Below, piece by piece: positions 1-8,487 of a stretch of DNA of 64,000 bases. Origin of the DNA: an uncultured Sphingobacteriaceae bacterium (GTDB taxonomy: Bacteria > Bacteroidota > Bacteroidia > Sphingobacteriales > Sphingobacteriaceae); the NCBI GenBank assembly GCA_964423925.1, contig CAYRGQ010000008.1, positions 3,033 through 67,032 of the forward strand, written 5' to 3'. How positions within the stretch are numbered: position 1 is the first letter of the stretch; each line of letters begins with the position of its first letter. Below the pieces are notes generated by a model. It was given only the letters and a program-made list of their open reading frames with translations, ran no database searches and was not told where the DNA came from. The position numbers were made by a program, and so were the translations under genes.

Positions 1-590
1 TCAAGGAGGGCGCCAAAAACAGCAACGAACGGCTCGAGTTCCTGGGCGACGCTATCCTCGGGTCAGTCGTAGCCGAGATTCTTTTCAAGAAATACCCCTA
101 TAAAGACGAAGGGTTCCTGACGGAAATGCGTTCGAAAATCGTCAGCCGTGCCCACCTCAACCAACTTGCGCGCAAAATCGGACTTAACGAACTAATCCAA
201 TACGACGCTCGCATGACCCATTTCCCCACCAAGCAAAGCTCCTTGCTCGGCGACGCCTTCGAAGCGCTGGTGGGTGCCATCTACTTGGACAAAGGTTACA
301 CCTTCACAAAGAATTTCCTCATATCGCGCATTATCAAGCCGCACGTCGACATCAATCTATTGGAAGAGACGGAAACCAATTTTAAAAGCCGCTTGATTGA
401 ATGGTGCCAGCAAACCGGCAAGGGCATCACCTTTATGCCCGTTGATAATCCTGAAGACGCCAAATCGAAAATCTTCACCATTTCCGTCGTCATCGACGGG
501 GAAGTGTTCGGTACCGGACGCGATTACAATAAGAAAAGCGCAGAGAAAATCGCGGCTGAAAAGGCTTGCGAATCACTAAACGTGTTGTAG
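1..590 (+). CDS. rnc: Ribonuclease III (5' end outside window)
   Basis: Frame is open from nt 3. ERLEFLGDAILG signature at nt 27-62, GDAFEALVGAIYLD motif, C-terminal dsRNA-binding domain. Confidence 0.93.
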   Translation, partial: KEGAKNSNERLEFLGDAILGSVVAEILFKKYPYKDEGFLTEMRSKIVSRAHLNQLARKIGLNELIQYDARMTHFPTKQSSLLGDAFEALVGAIYLDKGYTFTKNFLISRIIKPHVDINLLEETETNFKSRLIEWCQQTGKGITFMPVDNPEDAKSKIFTISVVIDGEVFGTGRDYNKKSAEKIAAEKACESLNVL

Positions 591-602
591 GGCCAGCCCC
601 TT

Positions 603-818
603 TTAGCGGACGCTTTCGGCGTCCTGCTTACGGTTTTCGTAGTTCTGAATAGCCGATTTGCTTCCAAGGCGTGAGCCGTAGATCGCCAATCCCAGCAGGA
701 TCACAAGTATGATGATGCCCCAAATCCCCTTGCGCTTGTCTTGACGCATAAGCCAAACCAAAAACGCGATAAGGGGCAACGCAAAAATCAGGATAAAAAA
801 CCAACTGGTAGGAACCAT
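603..818 (-). CDS. Small membrane protein (71 aa, two predicted TM helices)
   Basis: Only the part of the 172-aa ORF from ATG 818 looks protein-like (MVPTSWFFILIFALPLIAFLVWL...IIILVILLGLAIY). A -7 box lies 48 nt upstream. No family recognised. Confidence 0.5.
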   Translation of the reverse strand: MVPTSWFFILIFALPLIAFLVWLMRQDKRKGIWGIIILVILLGLAIYGSRLGSKSAIQNYENRKQDAESVR

Positions 819-865
819 TTCGCGATGAATTAGGCCACAAAGGTCGGAAGAATTGCACGATCGTC

Positions 866-873
866 CAAACTTA
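866..873 (-). promoter_or_regulatory. Candidate Bacteroidetes -7 promoter box (TAAGTTTG on minus strand)
   Basis: Exact TAnnTTTG match, 48 nt upstream of ATG 818. Confidence 0.3.
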
Positions 874-976
874 TTTAGGAACTCCCTTTCTTCGCCATAC
901 ACGAACAACGTCTTCCCGGCCTTCCCCCCTGGTCGTTTGGCGCACTTTTTGTAACATCTCTTGCATGTACGCAAAA

Positions 977-984
977 TAAATTTG
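977..984 (+). promoter_or_regulatory. Candidate -7 promoter box TAAATTTG for the arg-cluster leader
   Basis: Exact TAnnTTTG match, 48 nt upstream of the uORF ATG at 1032. Confidence 0.35.
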
Positions 985-1294
985 TACCTTTGCGTGTTCC
1001 ATTGCCCTATGGGCAATATAGGGTTGAAGAAATGAAAATGAAACGCATCATCGGCATCACGCAGACCCAGGCCTTCAGCGGCATGGTAAGGAGCGTGTTG
1101 TGTGCTTTTTTCAAACCCCAAGGACCTATCCTACGCCTTCGACGACCCATTCTGCCCCGGGCTTAATTAGGTGGGCAGCATCGTACAGCTAATAGAGGTA
1201 GCCCTCGTCCGCGGTTACCCTGCATTCACAAAATGTGTTTTATTAATGGAGTCCTTTGGACCATTTGTATTGAAAATTTGGGTCGTATAAACCA

Positions 1295-2005
1295 ATGTTA
1301 ATTTCAGATTTCATTGTTGTACCAGCGCTGGAGAAGCATACCGAATATGCCCAGCAAATCTGTGACGAAATGGCGGAATCCGCCAAAGCGCGGGGTACGG
1401 GTATAGCGCGTCGTTCGCCAGATTACATTGCGAAAAAGATGGTGGAAGGCAAAGCGGTAATCGCACTGCACCGTGATGGGCGCTGGGCGGGATTTTGCTA
1501 TATCGAAACCTGGAGTCACGGGGATTTTGTCGCCAACTCGGGGTTGGTCGTCAACCCCGAATTCCGGAAGGTCGGTTTGGCTAAAGCGATCAAAAAACGT
1601 ATCTTCGAGCTCTCGCGGGAAAAATACCCGAAAGCCAAAATTTTTGGATTGACGACCGGATTGGCCGTCATGAAAATCAATTCCGACTTGGGGTACGAGC
1701 CGGTCACATACTCCGAGCTCACCCAAGACGAAGAGTTTTGGGACGGTTGCAAGAGTTGTGTCAACTACGACATCCTGATGTCGAAAGGGCGGAAAAACTG
1801 CATGTGCACAGCCATGCTCTGGGATCCGGTAGAGAAGGAGAAGGAGCTGCGGCAGCGCATCGAACAAAAGGCCAAGGCCAAGGAACGGCTTAAGGCCATT
1901 ACCAAAAAGTCGTCCCTGCTCAAGCGCATCGAAGCCCGGCTATGGAAATCCACCCGGAAAATGATCGCCTCCGTATGGGACCGGCAGCACGCGCGGCCGA
2001 TGTAG
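1295..2005 (+). CDS. GNAT-family N-acetyltransferase, first gene of the arginine cluster (possible N-acetylglutamate synthase role), with Cys cluster and Lys-rich tail
   Basis: GNAT motif A (RKVGLAKAIKKRIFELSRE). Sits directly upstream of argG, as in Bacteroidetes arg operons. Confidence 0.8.
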   Translation: MLISDFIVVPALEKHTEYAQQICDEMAESAKARGTGIARRSPDYIAKKMVEGKAVIALHRDGRWAGFCYIETWSHGDFVANSGLVVNPEFRKVGLAKAIKKRIFELSREKYPKAKIFGLTTGLAVMKINSDLGYEPVTYSELTQDEEFWDGCKSCVNYDILMSKGRKNCMCTAMLWDPVEKEKELRQRIEQKAKAKERLKAITKKSSLLKRIEARLWKSTRKMIASVWDRQHARPM

Positions 2006-2041
2006 GCACGCGCTGACGATAATCTACAAACACAGGGTCAG

Positions 2042-2070
2042 GCCACCGGCGGCCCACATCCGGCGGTGGC
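2042..2070 (+). other. GC-rich intercistronic hairpin (10 bp with 1 mismatch, 7-nt loop)
   Basis: GCCACCGGCGG (2042-2052) pairs with CCGGCGGTGGC (2060-2070). No U-run follows. Confidence 0.45.
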
Positions 2071-2097
2071 ACCTAGCCCAACACGCAATATTAAATC

Positions 2098-3282
2098 ATG
2101 AAGAAAGTAGTTTTAGCATTCAGCGGAGGCCTTGACACCTCCTTTTGTTGTATCTATCTGTCCAAGGACCTCAACCTTGAAGTTCATTCGGTTATCGTCA
2201 ACACGGGTGGCTTCTCTGAGGAGGAGTTGGCCGAAATCGAACGCCGGGCTTACGCGCTAGGCGTCAAATCGCACGCCGTCGTCGACGAAACTCAAAATTA
2301 CTACGACAGCAGCATCAAATACCTCATCTTCGGCAACGTGCTCAAAAACGCCACCTATCCCCTGTCGGTAAGTGCGGAGCGTGTAAGCCAGGCAACGGCC
2401 ATCGCGCAATACGCCAAGAAAATCGGTGCGGAATACGTGGCCCACGGCAGTACCGGCGCCGGCAACGACCAAGTCCGTTTCGACATGATTTTCAATACGA
2501 TCATCCCAGACGTGGAAATCATCACACCAATACGCGACCTGAAACTGAGCCGCGAGGCGGAAATTGAATACTTGCACAAGCACGGCGTAGAATACAACGC
2601 TGAAAAGGCAAAATATTCCATCAACAAGGGCATTTGGGGAACATCCGTAGGCGGCAAGGAAACGCTGACCTCACATGAGACCCTGCCCGAGGTAGCGTGG
2701 CCTACGCCCGTGACGCAAACCGAACCACGCCGCATCACCATCGGCTTCGAAAAAGGGGAGCCTGTCTCCCTCGACGGGAAGAAAATCGGCCCCGTGAACG
2801 TTATTCAGCAACTGCAAGCAATTGCCCAGCCCTATGGCATCGGCCGCGACATTCACGTGGGCGACACCATCATCGGCATCAAGGGCAGGGTCGGATTCGA
2901 AGCCGCCGCACCGCTGATCATTATCAAGGCACATCACACGCTAGAGAAGCATACGCTGACCAAGTGGCAGTTGAGCTGGAAAGACCAATTGGGAGCGTTT
3001 TATGGCAACTGGATGCACGAAGGCCAGATGCACGATCCGATCATGCGCGATATCGAAGCATTTTTACAATCATCGCAACGCACCGTCAGTGGTGAGGTGT
3101 TCGTGGAGCTGCATCCGTACCGCTTTAATGTGATTGGCATCGAATCCAAGCATGATTTGATGTCAAACAAGTTTGGCAGCTACGGCGAAATGAACAACAC
3201 CTGGTCTGGAGACGATGTAAAAGGGTTTTCCAAAATATTTGGCAATCAGACCATTATCTGGCATAAGGTAAACGGAGAATAA
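2098..3282 (+). CDS. argG: Argininosuccinate synthase
   Basis: AFSGGLDTS ATP-pyrophosphatase motif and GSTGAGNDQVRF. 394 aa. Confidence 0.97.
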   Translation: MKKVVLAFSGGLDTSFCCIYLSKDLNLEVHSVIVNTGGFSEEELAEIERRAYALGVKSHAVVDETQNYYDSSIKYLIFGNVLKNATYPLSVSAERVSQATAIAQYAKKIGAEYVAHGSTGAGNDQVRFDMIFNTIIPDVEIITPIRDLKLSREAEIEYLHKHGVEYNAEKAKYSINKGIWGTSVGGKETLTSHETLPEVAWPTPVTQTEPRRITIGFEKGEPVSLDGKKIGPVNVIQQLQAIAQPYGIGRDIHVGDTIIGIKGRVGFEAAAPLIIIKAHHTLEKHTLTKWQLSWKDQLGAFYGNWMHEGQMHDPIMRDIEAFLQSSQRTVSGEVFVELHPYRFNVIGIESKHDLMSNKFGSYGEMNNTWSGDDVKGFSKIFGNQTIIWHKVNGE

Positions 3283-3284
3283 AA

Positions 3285-3749
3285 ATGCCAATCAGGCGCA
3301 TATATCCGGCAGAATATGGCGTGGTAATCCCGCTTTTCGATAAATATCGGGTATTTTACAAACAGCCGTCGGATATTGCGCTCGCCGAACGTTTCATCAA
3401 GGCGAGATTGGAGAATAACGAATCGGTCATATTCGTGGCATTCGTAGAAGATGATGAACAGGAGGTAGCTGTGGGATTCACGCAGTTATATCCGAAATAT
3501 TCATCTGCCCGGGCCGTGAAAAACTGGATACTGAACGACTTGTTTGTGGATGAGGCCTACCGAAAACAAGGAGTAGGCCGGCAGTTGATACACATCGCCA
3601 TGGATTTTGCGAAAGCGCAAGGAGCTACCTTTGTTCAGCTGGAAACAGCCGTGGACAATGTCAACGCACAGCACCTTTACGAAGCAGTCGGTTTTGAGCA
3701 GCAAGAACCGGACAACGACTTCCTACGGTATCGCAAAAACGTCAACTGA
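3285..3749 (+). CDS. GNAT-family N-acetyltransferase (PaiA-like position)
   Basis: GNAT motif A (YRKQGVGRQLIHIAMDFAK). Its stop TGA overlaps the next ATG (TGATG). Confidence 0.85.
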   Translation: MPIRRIYPAEYGVVIPLFDKYRVFYKQPSDIALAERFIKARLENNESVIFVAFVEDDEQEVAVGFTQLYPKYSSARAVKNWILNDLFVDEAYRKQGVGRQLIHIAMDFAKAQGATFVQLETAVDNVNAQHLYEAVGFEQQEPDNDFLRYRKNVN

Positions 3750-4379
3750 TGTATACGCCACCGCACTTTGCCGACATCAATGAAAAAAAACGTACGCGGT
3801 TTTATCCGCCAATACAGCTTTGGGTTGGTAGTGAGCGTTAAAGATCAGGCTCCCTTGGCTACGCACCTCCCCTTTGTCTTAGCGGACGCTGCGAACGGGC
3901 CTATCAAATTGACCTCCCATTTCGCTCGGGCAAACCCGCAGTGGGCGGATATGGAAGGGCAAACTGTGCTGGTCGTTTTTTCGGAGCCGCACGCCTATAT
4001 TTCGCCAAGCCACTACGATTCCGCCCTTAGCGTGCCAACCTGGAACTACATCGCCGTGCATTTGTATGGTCAGGTTCGGCTAGTTGACGGTGAGAAAGCG
4101 ACATTAGCCGCCCTCGATGATATGGTTAGCCACTTCGAACGGGACTACGCAGCCCACTGGGCGACCATGCCGGCCGACTACAAGTCGAAAATGGCTAAAG
4201 GTATCGTAGCCTTCGAAATCGTGGCAGACCACTATACGGCCATCAACAAGCTAAGCCAAAACAAAAAGAGTGCGGAGCGGGCCCGGATCATGGATACCTT
4301 GGCGCCAAGCGACGACGGCAGTGCCCAAGCGATTGCACGCTTTATGAAGGAACACGAGGAAAAATTAGACGGGCGATGA
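3749..4379 (+). CDS. PaiB-family FMN-binding protein, reading frame interrupted in an A8 run
   Basis: MYTPPHFADINEKK opens at ATG 3749. The remaining homology (NVRGFIRQYSFGLVV...) is in the +1 frame after A8 at 3783-3790. The uninterrupted ORF alone is 3768/3780..4379. Confidence 0.7.
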
Positions 4380-4404
4380 GCCTGAAAAAACATACAAATA
4401 TAAC

Positions 4405-5424
4405 ATGGTAAAGATCAAAATAGGCATTATCGGATCAGCTGGCTACACCGGCGGGGAACTGTTACGTATCTTGATACACCACCCTTCCGTGGACATCGTG
4501 TTTGCCCAGAGCGGGAGTAACGCCGGAAATTCGGTTTCGGACGTGCATGAAGATCTCTTCGGGGATACCGACCTGCGTTTTTCAGCCGACGTCTCGGACG
4601 ACATTGACGTACTGTTTCTCTGCGTGGGACATGGCGACGCCCGCAAATACCTCGAGGCCAACACCGTGGCGCCCCACATTAAAATCATTGATCTTTCCCA
4701 AGATTACCGACTACGAGCGAACACGGAGTACCAGGGCAAAAACTTTATCTACGGATTACCAGAGCTGCAACGCGAGCGGATCCAAGGCGCCGACTACATC
4801 GCCAACCCCGGTTGCTTCTCCACTAACCTGCAGCTGGCCTTGTTGCCCCTAGCGGCCAAAGGGCTCCTGCCGGATCAAATCCACATCAATGCCACGACCG
4901 GCTCTACCGGTGCCGGACAGCGGCCTACGGCAACGACACATTTCAGCTGGCGCGCCAACAACTTGTCGGCCTATAAGAGTTTTGAGCACCAGCATCTGCA
5001 GGAGGTTTCTGAATCGCTCGACCAACTGCAGCCCGGCTTTTTGCCCACCACCGATGGCTCCTTGTTGCAACGAGCCATGCAACGGATTAACTTCGTGCCC
5101 CAGCGGGGGGACTTTCCCCGAGGCATATTTTCTACGATTTACCTCAACTCCGCATTGTCCGAGGAGGAGGCCTACCGCCTATACGAGACCTATTACGCAA
5201 CGCATCCGTTCACACACGTCAGCAAAGCAAACATCCATCTCAAGCAGGTCGTCAATACGAATAAGGCCATTATTCACCTCGAGAAGCATGGCGACAAACT
5301 ACTTATCCTGACGGCGGTTGATAACTTACTGAAAGGCGCTTCCGGACAAGCCGTACAAAACATGAATTTGATGTTTGGCTTAGCGGAAACAACCGGATTA
5401 CGTTTGAAGAGTCTCGGAATGTAA
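4405..5424 (+). CDS. argC: N-acetyl-gamma-glutamyl-phosphate reductase
   Basis: IGIIGSAGYTGGELLRIL NAD-binding motif, active-site ANPGCFST. 339 aa. Confidence 0.95.
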   Translation: MVKIKIGIIGSAGYTGGELLRILIHHPSVDIVFAQSGSNAGNSVSDVHEDLFGDTDLRFSADVSDDIDVLFLCVGHGDARKYLEANTVAPHIKIIDLSQDYRLRANTEYQGKNFIYGLPELQRERIQGADYIANPGCFSTNLQLALLPLAAKGLLPDQIHINATTGSTGAGQRPTATTHFSWRANNLSAYKSFEHQHLQEVSESLDQLQPGFLPTTDGSLLQRAMQRINFVPQRGDFPRGIFSTIYLNSALSEEEAYRLYETYYATHPFTHVSKANIHLKQVVNTNKAIIHLEKHGDKLLILTAVDNLLKGASGQAVQNMNLMFGLAETTGLRLKSLGM

Positions 5425-5430
5425 CGGGGA

Positions 5431-5467
5431 GCGACAACCGGATTTCGGCCGGGCTTCGCATCTTTTT
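5431..5467 (+). terminator. Possible intrinsic terminator after argC
   Basis: Interrupted stem GCGA..CCGG / CCGG..TCGC followed by CTTTTTC. The stem is imperfect. Confidence 0.35.
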
Positions 5468-5557
5468 CGAATATTTTCCCTTTGCGTCGGGTGCTCCTGA
5501 CATACCCTTGTCATTGTCGGCCTGTACTTTCGTACCCTAACACAAGACAAACGTATT

Positions 5558-6040
5558 ATGGACAACACCACAGCAACACCAATCATCACGCCTGAAAACT
5601 TAAGAAAACACTGGCAGGGACACCGCGCGCTAACGCGACGTGTTATTGAAGCATTTCCGGAAAAAGCATTTTTTGAATTTAGTGTGGGTGGCATGCGCCC
5701 CTTTGCGGCTATCGTGGCGGAACTGCTCGCCATCGCCGGACCGGGCTTGAAACAAATTGTGACGGGCGAAGTCACTGAACTCGACGAGGATGCATCGAAG
5801 TTCGCATCAAAGGCCGAAGTACTCGTCAAATGGGATGAAACAACCGCTCAAGTCGACTCTTATTGGGCGCAGCTGTCTCCCGAGCGATTCGCGGAGTCGG
5901 TCACGCTATTCGGACAATACACCTCGCCAGTAATCGAGCAAATCCTTTACTTTATTGACAACGAAGTACACCACCGCGGCCAAGGATACACCTATCTCCG
6001 CGCACTAGACATCGAACCGCCTTATTTTTGGGAACGGTAA
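5558..6040 (+). CDS. DinB-family protein
   Basis: DinB-type four-helix protein with C-terminal NEVHHRGQ motif. Confidence 0.85.
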   Translation: MDNTTATPIITPENLRKHWQGHRALTRRVIEAFPEKAFFEFSVGGMRPFAAIVAELLAIAGPGLKQIVTGEVTELDEDASKFASKAEVLVKWDETTAQVDSYWAQLSPERFAESVTLFGQYTSPVIEQILYFIDNEVHHRGQGYTYLRALDIEPPYFWER

Positions 6041-6079
6041 AGCGCAGCCCTCTCCTCAGCAATCCCTTGCTTGGAAGGT

Positions 6080-7069
6080 CTACGCCCCGGCGGAAACGGC
6101 CTTCCAAGCCAGGTTTTTCTGGATATCCCTCACGAGCGTTTCAACTTGCTCCCGAAAGCTTACTGGCTCTACGATACGCGCCATATCGCCACAAGTAAGG
6201 TACCAACGGACAAAGAAATGATCATTTTCGTCATGCAGAAAGGTCATTTCCACCTCATCTCCTACTTCGGTTTCGCTGACGAAACCAAAGTGCTGGGCGT
6301 CGCGACGGATATAGCGTACCATGTCGCGTTGGAACCGGATGACGACCTTTTGCTTGACGGACGCCTTGCGGCTAGCCTCACGGAGCGTCTCCAGCGGTGG
6401 ATGTTGCTCCGCAAACCGATGGGGTGTGCGGCGAATGAGGAGGATGCGATCGGCCCGAAATTGCCGATAGTCGGCACGAAGCAGGCAATACCCCATGACA
6501 TACCAAAAACCGCTTTCGTGGAATACACCGACCGGTTCAATGACCCGCTCCACAGGGACGTCCTCCCGCAACGAGCGGTAAACGAGCAGCACCTGCCGGT
6601 TGTTGGCGATACTTTCCAGTAGAATTTCAAGCGTATCTGGGATGGCTTCGTTGATGGGGCTGGTTTTCTTGTTGACAAGGAGGTTGGCGCCGAGCGTACC
6701 GATCCATTCCTTATCCGCAGCCTTCAAGACCGCTTTGACCTTGTACAACGCTGCTTGGTAATGCGCACCCAAACTTTTGTCGGCAAAGGCCTCCATCAAC
6801 TTGCCCGCAGCCACGAAGCCCAGCGCCTCTTCGCGCGTGAACATGATGGGAGGCAGCCGATAACCGTCCACCAAGGAATAACCCGCTCCGGCCTCTCCGA
6901 TAAGCGGGATGCCCGCTGCTTCCAACACCCGAATATCGCGGTAGATGGTGCGTACGCTGACACCGAAACGCGCAGCCAAGTCCTCAGCACGTACCAACCG
7001 CTTGGATTGAAGCTGGATGTAAATGGCGACGATGCGGTCAAACCGTCTCAACGTTTCCTCGGTACCCAT
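6080..7069 (-). CDS. HTH + WYL-domain transcriptional regulator (YafY-like)
   Basis: N-terminal DeoR/HTH_11-like RAEDLAARFGVSVRTIYRDIRVLEAAGIPL, central WYL region, C-terminal WCX-like region. Confidence 0.85.
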   Translation of the reverse strand: MGTEETLRRFDRIVAIYIQLQSKRLVRAEDLAARFGVSVRTIYRDIRVLEAAGIPLIGEAGAGYSLVDGYRLPPIMFTREEALGFVAAGKLMEAFADKSLGAHYQAALYKVKAVLKAADKEWIGTLGANLLVNKKTSPINEAIPDTLEILLESIANNRQVLLVYRSLREDVPVERVIEPVGVFHESGFWYVMGYCLLRADYRQFRADRILLIRRTPHRFAEQHPPLETLREASRKASVKQKVVIRFQRDMVRYIRRDAQHFGFVSETEVGDEVEMTFLHDENDHFFVRWYLTCGDMARIVEPVSFREQVETLVRDIQKNLAWKAVSAGA

Positions 7070-7073
7070 GTAC

Positions 7074-7081
7074 CAAAGGTA
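7074..7081 (-). promoter_or_regulatory. Candidate -7 box (TACCTTTG on minus strand), 5 nt before ATG 7069
   Basis: Exact TAnnTTTG match. Implies a leaderless or near-leaderless mRNA. Confidence 0.3.
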
Positions 7082-7115
7082 AAGGTTGTACCGGAAATTC
7101 CGACGGCAGTATTAG

Positions 7116-7132
7116 AAAAAGCCGTCGACGGC
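7116..7132 (-). terminator. Intrinsic terminator after hemL
   Basis: GCCG-TCGA-CGGC hairpin immediately after the TAG stop, followed by T5 on the minus strand. Confidence 0.6.
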
Positions 7133-8434
7133 CTAGCGAAAGACAACGGCTAGGCTTTCGAAAATCGCTTCTTGAGCTTTTTTCAAATCAGCTACGGTAT
7201 GCGCATCTGAGACAAACCCCACCTCATAGCCCGACGGTCCCAGATATACGCCACGATTAAGCAATTCGCGATGCATAGTCTTGTAATAAGTCATGCTTTC
7301 ATGATCGATGGCCGCAGCCTGCCGTATCGTTTCTTGCTCGGTAAAGGCAAACCAGAAGATCGACCCAACCGAAAAGAGCTTAACTGCATAGCCCCGCTCG
7401 GCGACGTGCTGGCGGGTACCTTCAACAAATCCTTCCGTTTTAACCGCTAACGCGTCGTAAAAGCCCTCGCGCGACAATTCGGTCAGCTGGGCGATTCCCG
7501 CGGCCATGGCCACGGGGTTGCCCGATAGCGTGCCAGCCTGGTATACGCCTCCGTCGGGAGAAATATGACCCATCAATTCGGCCGAAGCGCCATAGGCCCC
7601 TACCGGCATACCTCCGCCGATAATCTTACCGTACGTGACAATATCGGGTTTGACACCGTAGTATCCAGCCGCGCCTTGCAGACCAAGTCGGTACCCCGTA
7701 ATGACCTCGTCAAAAAGTAATAGGGCGTCATGGGTCGTACACAGTTCCCGCAATGCGTGGATGTATTCCTTAGTTTGTAGAAGGAGACCATTATTGGCCG
7801 GAATGCCTTCGATAATGACCGCGGCAATCTCCCCTTTGAACTGGTTAAACGCCTGCTGTACCGCTTCGATATCGTCGAGCGGAACCACGATGGTTTCGGC
7901 CGCGAAGGAAGCGGGCACACCGGCTGAGGAAGTTTCGCCAAACGTGACCAAGCCTGATCCTGCCTTAACCAATAAAGAGTCCGAATGGCCGTGATAGCAC
8001 CCATCGAATTTGATGATCTTGTCGCGCTTCGTGTATCCACGCGCCAACCGGATGGCAGACATCACCGCTTCGGTACCCGAACTCACAAATCGGATTTTGT
8101 CGATATAGGGATTTTGGCTAAGCATGAGCTCAGCCAATTCGTTTTCTAAGGCCGTGGGTGCACCAAAACTCAAACCGTTAGACAGCGCCTGCACCACGCG
8201 CTCACGAATGACCGGATGGTTGTGGCCAAGGATCAGCGGCCCCCACGAGCAGCAAAAATCGATAAACTCATTGCCATCAGCGTCCCAAAGCCGACATCCG
8301 TCGCCCTTCTCAATAAACAGCGGGGTACCATACACCGACTTAAAAGCCCGAACGGGTGAGTTTACTCCACCAGGGAAATATTTTTTAGCTTTTTCGTAGA
8401 GTTTGGCGGAAGCCGCACGCGATATATCAGTCAT
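7133..8434 (-). CDS. hemL: Glutamate-1-semialdehyde 2,1-aminomutase
   Basis: Class-III aminotransferase, 433 aa, typical HemL N-terminus (SPVRAFKSV) and YGKIIGGG PLP-lysine region. Confidence 0.97.
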   Translation of the reverse strand: MTDISRAASAKLYEKAKKYFPGGVNSPVRAFKSVYGTPLFIEKGDGCRLWDADGNEFIDFCCSWGPLILGHNHPVIRERVVQALSNGLSFGAPTALENELAELMLSQNPYIDKIRFVSSGTEAVMSAIRLARGYTKRDKIIKFDGCYHGHSDSLLVKAGSGLVTFGETSSAGVPASFAAETIVVPLDDIEAVQQAFNQFKGEIAAVIIEGIPANNGLLLQTKEYIHALRELCTTHDALLLFDEVITGYRLGLQGAAGYYGVKPDIVTYGKIIGGGMPVGAYGASAELMGHISPDGGVYQAGTLSGNPVAMAAGIAQLTELSREGFYDALAVKTEGFVEGTRQHVAERGYAVKLFSVGSIFWFAFTEQETIRQAAAIDHESMTYYKTMHRELLNRGVYLGPSGYEVGFVSDAHTVADLKKAQEAIFESLAVVFR

Positions 8435-8487
8435 TTCAACAACAAGTTATAATACATTAATCTCAACCAGAAAAGGCCCGCCGCAGC

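Noticed and set aside
603-1121. A 172-aa minus-strand ORF spanning the arg-cluster upstream region.
   Set aside because: The N-terminal 100 residues are Cys/Arg/Lys-rich and not protein-like, and they overlap the plus-strand promoter and uORF. Only the last 71 codons (from ATG 818, with its own -7 box) look like a real membrane protein.
5558-7102. The WYL-domain regulator as a possible flag for a defence island, together with the palindrome CGGAAATTCCG (7092-7102) upstream of it.
   Set aside because: Its neighbours are a DinB-family protein and the heme operon, and no nuclease, helicase or methylase genes are nearby. YafY-like WYL regulators next to small stress or detoxification genes are common. 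The palindrome is short and may simply be an autoregulatory site.
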